Translations under genes and position numbers: made by a program
Part shown: one piece after another, positions 6,431-10,467 of the stretch
Layout: every line of letters begins with the position of its first letter
Numbering within the stretch: position 1 is the first letter of the stretch
Source of the DNA: Marine Group I thaumarchaeote
Lineage (GTDB): Archaea; Thermoproteota; Nitrososphaeria; Nitrososphaerales; Nitrosopumilaceae
NCBI GenBank assembly: GCA_044358425.1
Contig: CP054849.1
Span: 234,099-244,565, forward strand
Reading direction: 5' to 3'
DNA length: 10,467 nucleotides
Notes under the pieces: model-generated
The model's input: the letters and a program-made list of their open reading frames with translations, nothing else
What the model was told of the DNA's origin: nothing
Database searches by the model: none

Positions 6431-6997
6431 ATGCTTCTACATTTTATTTTTGTAATAAAAGAAGAGGATATTCAGAAACGTAAATCTGAATTTGAATATA
6501 TCAAAAAAATGGCACAATTTTATAAAAAATGGATTAGTGATAATTTTGGAATCAACTATGAAATTCAATGTGATGAATTAATTACAAAACCTAGAAGTAT
6601 TTTTCAAAAACTAGATACACATACACTTGTTCGTGATCATGAACAACGTGGAAAAGACATATACCATTTTTACTTGACTCATTTTAAACCTCTGTGGACT
6701 GACTGTACTTGTGAAGGTTATCATGCTGAAAATTTTGGAATGATTTTTTGGCAAAAACCAAATCAATCTGATGATATTTTATTTTTAGCTGAAAAAAATT
6801 GCACTACAGTTTCACATGAAATAATTCATGAAATGTTAAGAATTAAAGGAAATAAAAAATACATTCATGAAGTTCATGATGTTTGGACAAAGCATTTCTA
6901 TGAACAATTGGAATTCCAACAGTATGGGGAAGATTTTGAAATTACAGAAGAAAAACCTATGTTTTTGACAATGGATATTAGTAAATTTAAAAATTAA
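6431..6997 (+). CDS. Hypothetical protein with HEXXH zincin-like motif (putative metallopeptidase or metal-binding protein)
   Basis: TVSHEIIHE (HEIIH at 6815-6829), upstream DCTCEGYH and downstream HEVH...H. No signal peptide is evident. Confidence 0.75.
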   Translation: MLLHFIFVIKEEDIQKRKSEFEYIKKMAQFYKKWISDNFGINYEIQCDELITKPRSIFQKLDTHTLVRDHEQRGKDIYHFYLTHFKPLWTDCTCEGYHAENFGMIFWQKPNQSDDILFLAEKNCTTVSHEIIHEMLRIKGNKKYIHEVHDVWTKHFYEQLEFQQYGEDFEITEEKPMFLTMDISKFKN

Positions 6998-7009
6998 TTT
7001 TTTTAAATT

Positions 7010-7642
7010 CTAACATTTTGTAACTGAGTAAATATTATTTTCAAAATTTGCAGTTTTAAAATCTAATTTATTTTCTGGATCGTTATCTCTTGATTTACTT
7101 AATTCTTTTAGTTCTAACAATGCATCTGATCTAAAACCTACTGATGATCCATAAACTGCATCAGTTAGCATCGTTCCATGGTCTCCTTTTTTAATATCGT
7201 CTACCATTTCATAAAATCTATTTGTCTCTTTTTTATTTACAGGGTTTCCTGTGGCTTTATTTTGAGCTACTGAAATATACATTCCATTATTCTTTACAGC
7301 AACAAGAATTTTGTGATTTTTTCCTGATTTACCTGGAATTGTTTCATTAACAAGTACTTCGCATTTATGATACATACTTGATACATATGCAAAAAATCTG
7401 TATTGTGCATATTTTCCTGCATCATCTTCTTCACAATCTACAAAAATTTTGTGTAACAGATGTAATGCATCATCATTCATACTTTGTAATCGGTCATCAA
7501 TTCTACCTCTCTCAAGTAATTCTGATTTGCATTCTTTTGCAATTAATACTAAAATAAAATCTGGTAAATTATAATTTTTTAATGCTGCAACAAATGAACC
7601 TGCCTGTGACATACCAAACTTTGGAAATCCTTTATTGACCAA
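7010..7642 (-). CDS. Hypothetical protein with a degenerate PD-(D/E)XK / Mrr-like C-terminal region
   Basis: 210-aa ORF with a TTG start, preceded 6 nt upstream by SD-like AGGAGATG. IPGKSGKNHKILVAV...VAQNK resembles the archaeal GKSG..H.(F/I)D...(E/Q)CK motif. The fold call is my inference. Confidence 0.75.
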   Translation of the reverse strand: MVNKGFPKFGMSQAGSFVAALKNYNLPDFILVLIAKECKSELLERGRIDDRLQSMNDDALHLLHKIFVDCEEDDAGKYAQYRFFAYVSSMYHKCEVLVNETIPGKSGKNHKILVAVKNNGMYISVAQNKATGNPVNKKETNRFYEMVDDIKKGDHGTMLTDAVYGSSVGFRSDALLELKELSKSRDNDPENKLDFKTANFENNIYSVTKC

Positions 7643-7796
7643 TTATGCCATCTCCTTGGAAAATTTTGAATTTATTGACAACGTATTGTAAAGCTGGGTT
7701 TGGCTTATAATTGTTGAGAATTAATATGCCTATTTTGATATTTTTTTTAATTTTTAAATTGTAAATATTAAATTCGGGAAGAATTTTCTGTATATT

Positions 7797-10064
7797 ATGG
7801 AAATTGATACCACTCCAGAACTTGTTTCTAATGTATATGAAAAATTAAAAGAAAATATTGTAAAATTTCGAGATGTTGTAGATAGACCATTAACACTTAC
7901 AGAAAAAATTCTAGCTGGACATTTTAATGAAATTTCTGAAAAAAATCCTTCTGGAGGAAAAGATTATGTTTTTCTAAAACCAGATCGAGTGGCACTACAA
8001 GATGTTACTGGGCAAATGGTAATGCTTCAATTTATGCAAGCAGAATTAAATGAAACAGATTTACCAACTACTGTTCACTGTGATCATCTAATTCGTGCTG
8101 AAGTTCAGGGTGATGTTGATATGAAAGTTTCATTAGATGAAAATAGTGAAGTTTTCAAATTTTTACAATCTGCATGTGCAAAATATGGATGTGGATTTTG
8201 GAAACCAGGTGCTGGAATTATACATCAAGTAGTTTTAGAAAATTATGCATTCCCTGGTGGATTAATGATTGGAACTGATTCACATACACCAAATGCAGGT
8301 GGTCTTGGAATGATTGCTATTGGTGTTGGAGGTTTAGATGCCGCAGAAACTATGGCTGGAATGCCTTGGGAATTACTTTATCCAAAAAGAGTTGGTGTAA
8401 AATTAACTGGTAAATTAACTGGTTGGACAGCACCTAAAGATATTATTTTAAAAGTTGCAGAAGAATTAACTGTTTCAGGAGGAACAAATGCAATTGTAGA
8501 GTATTTTGGTTCTGGTACTTCATCAATCAGTTGTACTGGAAAAGCTACAATAACAAATATGGGTGCAGAAATTGGTGCAACTTGTTCTATATTTCCTTAT
8601 GATGAAAGAATGGAAACTTATCTAAACTATACTAATAGAAAAGAAATTGCAGAACTAGCTAATAAAAATAAAGAATTGTTAGTTGCTGATCCTGAAATAG
8701 AATCCGAACCTGAAAAATATTTTGATAAAATAATTGAAATTAATTTGTCCACTTTAGAACCTCATATTGTTGGACCCCATACTCCTGATTTAGCAAGATC
8801 AATTTCTGAACTTGCTGATGATGTAACATCAAATGATTACGTGGATCCAATTTCTGTTGCATTAATTGGAAGTTGTACAAATTCTTCTTACGAAGATATG
8901 TCTAGAGCAGCTAGTTTAGCAGAACAAGCAAAATCAAAAGGAATTAAATCAAAAATACCACTACTTGTAACTCCTGGTTCTGAACAAATTAGAGGCACTA
9001 TTGAGAGAGATGGGCAAATGGATTCTCTAAAAGAAATTGGTGCAACTGTTTTAGCAAATGCATGTGGGCCATGTATCGGACAATGGAACAGACCTGAATT
9101 AGAAAAAAATGAAAAAAATTCTATTGTTACTACATTCAACAGAAATTTCCCTGGACGAAATGATGGACAAAGATCTACTCTAAATTTTATTGGAAGTCCT
9201 GAAATGATTATTGCATTAGCATTGGGTGGAAAATTATCTTTCAATCCGTTAAAAGATGATCTTGTTGCAGCAGATGGAACTAAATTCAAATTAGAACCAC
9301 CAACAATTGCACCTGAAGTACCTAAAGAAGGATTTAAGATTCCTGATGGGATTTTTGTCGCTCCTCCTTCAGATTCATCTAATATCGATGTGATTATTGA
9401 TCCAAACAGTAAACGTCTTCAACGTTTAGCACCTTTTGAAAAATGGAATGGTGATGATTTTGTTGAACTTCCAATAATGGTTAAAGCAAAAGGAAAATGT
9501 ACTACTGATCATATTTCTCCTGCAGGTGCATGGTTGTCTCTTAGAGGTCATCTTGATAATCTAAGTGATAATATGTTATTGGGAGCTGTTAATGCTTTTA
9601 ATGATCAAGTTGGAAATGGTAAAAATATCTTAAATAATGAAATTGAACCTTTTTCTAAAATTGCTAGACAATACAAACAACAAGGTCTGAATTGGGTAAT
9701 TATTGGAGATAATAATTATGGTGAAGGTAGTAGTAGAGAACATGCTGCAATGACTCCTCGTTATTTGGGTTGTGTTGCAGTAATTACAAAAAGTTTAGCA
9801 AGAATACATGAGACTAATTTGAAAAAACAAGGTGTTTTGGCATTAACTTTCAATAATCCAGATGATTATGAAAAAATACTTGAAGATGATAAAATCAGCT
9901 TGATTAATTTGAATAACTTAGAACCACAAAAACAAGTAACTTGTACAATTACTCATAATGATGGCAATAAAGAAGAAATTCTATTAAATCACTCGTATAA
10001 TGAATCTCAAATTCAATGGTTCAAACATGGATCTGCATTGAATGTTTTAAGAAATAAAAAATAA
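7797..10064 (+). CDS. acnA: Aconitate hydratase (mitochondrial-type, 755 aa)
   Basis: PDRVALQD, HCDHLI, GIIHQVVLENYAFPG, GTDSHTPNAGG, the [4Fe-4S] ligands GSCTNSS and ACGPCIGQW, NRNF.GRND, KCTTDHIS, NYGEGSSREHAA and ARIHETNLKKQG. Confidence 0.97.
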   Translation: MEIDTTPELVSNVYEKLKENIVKFRDVVDRPLTLTEKILAGHFNEISEKNPSGGKDYVFLKPDRVALQDVTGQMVMLQFMQAELNETDLPTTVHCDHLIRAEVQGDVDMKVSLDENSEVFKFLQSACAKYGCGFWKPGAGIIHQVVLENYAFPGGLMIGTDSHTPNAGGLGMIAIGVGGLDAAETMAGMPWELLYPKRVGVKLTGKLTGWTAPKDIILKVAEELTVSGGTNAIVEYFGSGTSSISCTGKATITNMGAEIGATCSIFPYDERMETYLNYTNRKEIAELANKNKELLVADPEIESEPEKYFDKIIEINLSTLEPHIVGPHTPDLARSISELADDVTSNDYVDPISVALIGSCTNSSYEDMSRAASLAEQAKSKGIKSKIPLLVTPGSEQIRGTIERDGQMDSLKEIGATVLANACGPCIGQWNRPELEKNEKNSIVTTFNRNFPGRNDGQRSTLNFIGSPEMIIALALGGKLSFNPLKDDLVAADGTKFKLEPPTIAPEVPKEGFKIPDGIFVAPPSDSSNIDVIIDPNSKRLQRLAPFEKWNGDDFVELPIMVKAKGKCTTDHISPAGAWLSLRGHLDNLSDNMLLGAVNAFNDQVGNGKNILNNEIEPFSKIARQYKQQGLNWVIIGDNNYGEGSSREHAAMTPRYLGCVAVITKSLARIHETNLKKQGVLALTFNNPDDYEKILEDDKISLINLNNLEPQKQVTCTITHNDGNKEEILLNHSYNESQIQWFKHGSALNVLRNKK

Positions 10065-10068
10065 AAAA
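10052..10068 (-). terminator. Oligo-T terminator of tRNA-Trp, overlapping the last aconitase codons
   Basis: The minus strand reads TTTTTTATTTTTTATTT immediately after the tRNA discriminator base. Confidence 0.6.
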
Positions 10069-10142
10069 TGGGCCCGATCGGATTTGAACCGACGATCGAT
10101 GGTTTTGGAGACCATCGCCCTACCAGGCTAGGCTACGAACCC
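10069..10142 (-). tRNA. trnW: tRNA-Trp (anticodon CCA), intronless, 3' CCA not encoded
   Basis: The reverse complement folds as GGGUUCG UA GCCU AGCCUGGUA GGGC G AUGGU CU-CCA-AA ACCAU CGAUC GUCGG UUCAAAU CCGAU CGGGCCC A. This is a full cloverleaf with discriminator A. Confidence 0.97.
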
Positions 10143-10228
10143 ACAAGAATCGGAACTATTTGCTTGAATTTTAACTTATTTTTAACCAAGATTTATTTGC
10201 AATAATCATATCTGTGTTGTAGGAAGCA

Positions 10229-10467
10229 ATGGTTAAACCAGTTTATTTTGTATTAGGGGCAATTCCCGTGATTGTTGCAATCTTACTTGCTGTTCCGTTA
10301 GTAACAAAAAATGAAATCCCTGTTTCAGCTACAAATTCTTTTGATAAAGTTGAAATTGAATATACAAAACATCAATTAAAAAAAATAACTAATGGAATTG
10401 CTGAAAGAACTGGTGCTGAAAAAACAGAAATTCTAATAATTAAAAATGATGGGGAAACTAAATACAC
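10229..10467 (+). CDS. 3'-truncated hypothetical protein with an N-terminal membrane anchor or signal peptide
   Basis: Open from ATG 10229 to the window end: MVKPVYFVLGAIPVIVAILLAVPLVTKNEIPVSATNSFDKVEIEYTKHQLKK... It is absent from the ORF track because it has no stop in the window. Confidence 0.8.
   Translation, partial: MVKPVYFVLGAIPVIVAILLAVPLVTKNEIPVSATNSFDKVEIEYTKHQLKKITNGIAERTGAEKTEILIIKNDGETKY

Noticed and set aside
5711-7642. EVE + HEXXH + PD-(D/E)XK-like genes as an anti-phage defence island
   Set aside because: The genes are not one operon, the nuclease-like ORF lacks catalytic acidic residues, composition matches the flanking housekeeping genes, and there are no mobility genes.
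8888-9289. 133-aa ORF on the - strand
   Set aside because: Antisense shadow inside aconitase.

Overview
This is an AT-rich archaeal chromosomal window. Gene content and order point to a marine ammonia-oxidising archaeon (Nitrosopumilaceae, Nitrososphaerota/Thaumarchaeota); that assignment is an inference. Most of the window is core genome: trpS divergent from pheS-pheT, an EVE-domain gene, a stand-alone Lrp/AsnC ligand-binding domain, an HEXXH hypothetical, a degenerate restriction-endonuclease-like hypothetical, a mitochondrial-type aconitase and an intronless tRNA-Trp(CCA). I see no mobile element or CRISPR array. The ORF track misses three things. (1) Frame 1 is open from base 1 to 717. 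It encodes a CxxC-x17-CxxC zinc ribbon flanked by 27-bp SRDDRGSRY tandem repeats and ends in an HNH-like domain lacking its catalytic His. (2) A GC-rich (~49%) non-coding island at ~5497-5661 folds into two hairpins with internal pockets, K-turn-like motifs and a terminal ACA. It is a candidate H/ACA-like guide RNA directly upstream of the EVE gene and is the best novelty candidate here. (3) A partial membrane-anchored CDS starts at 10229.
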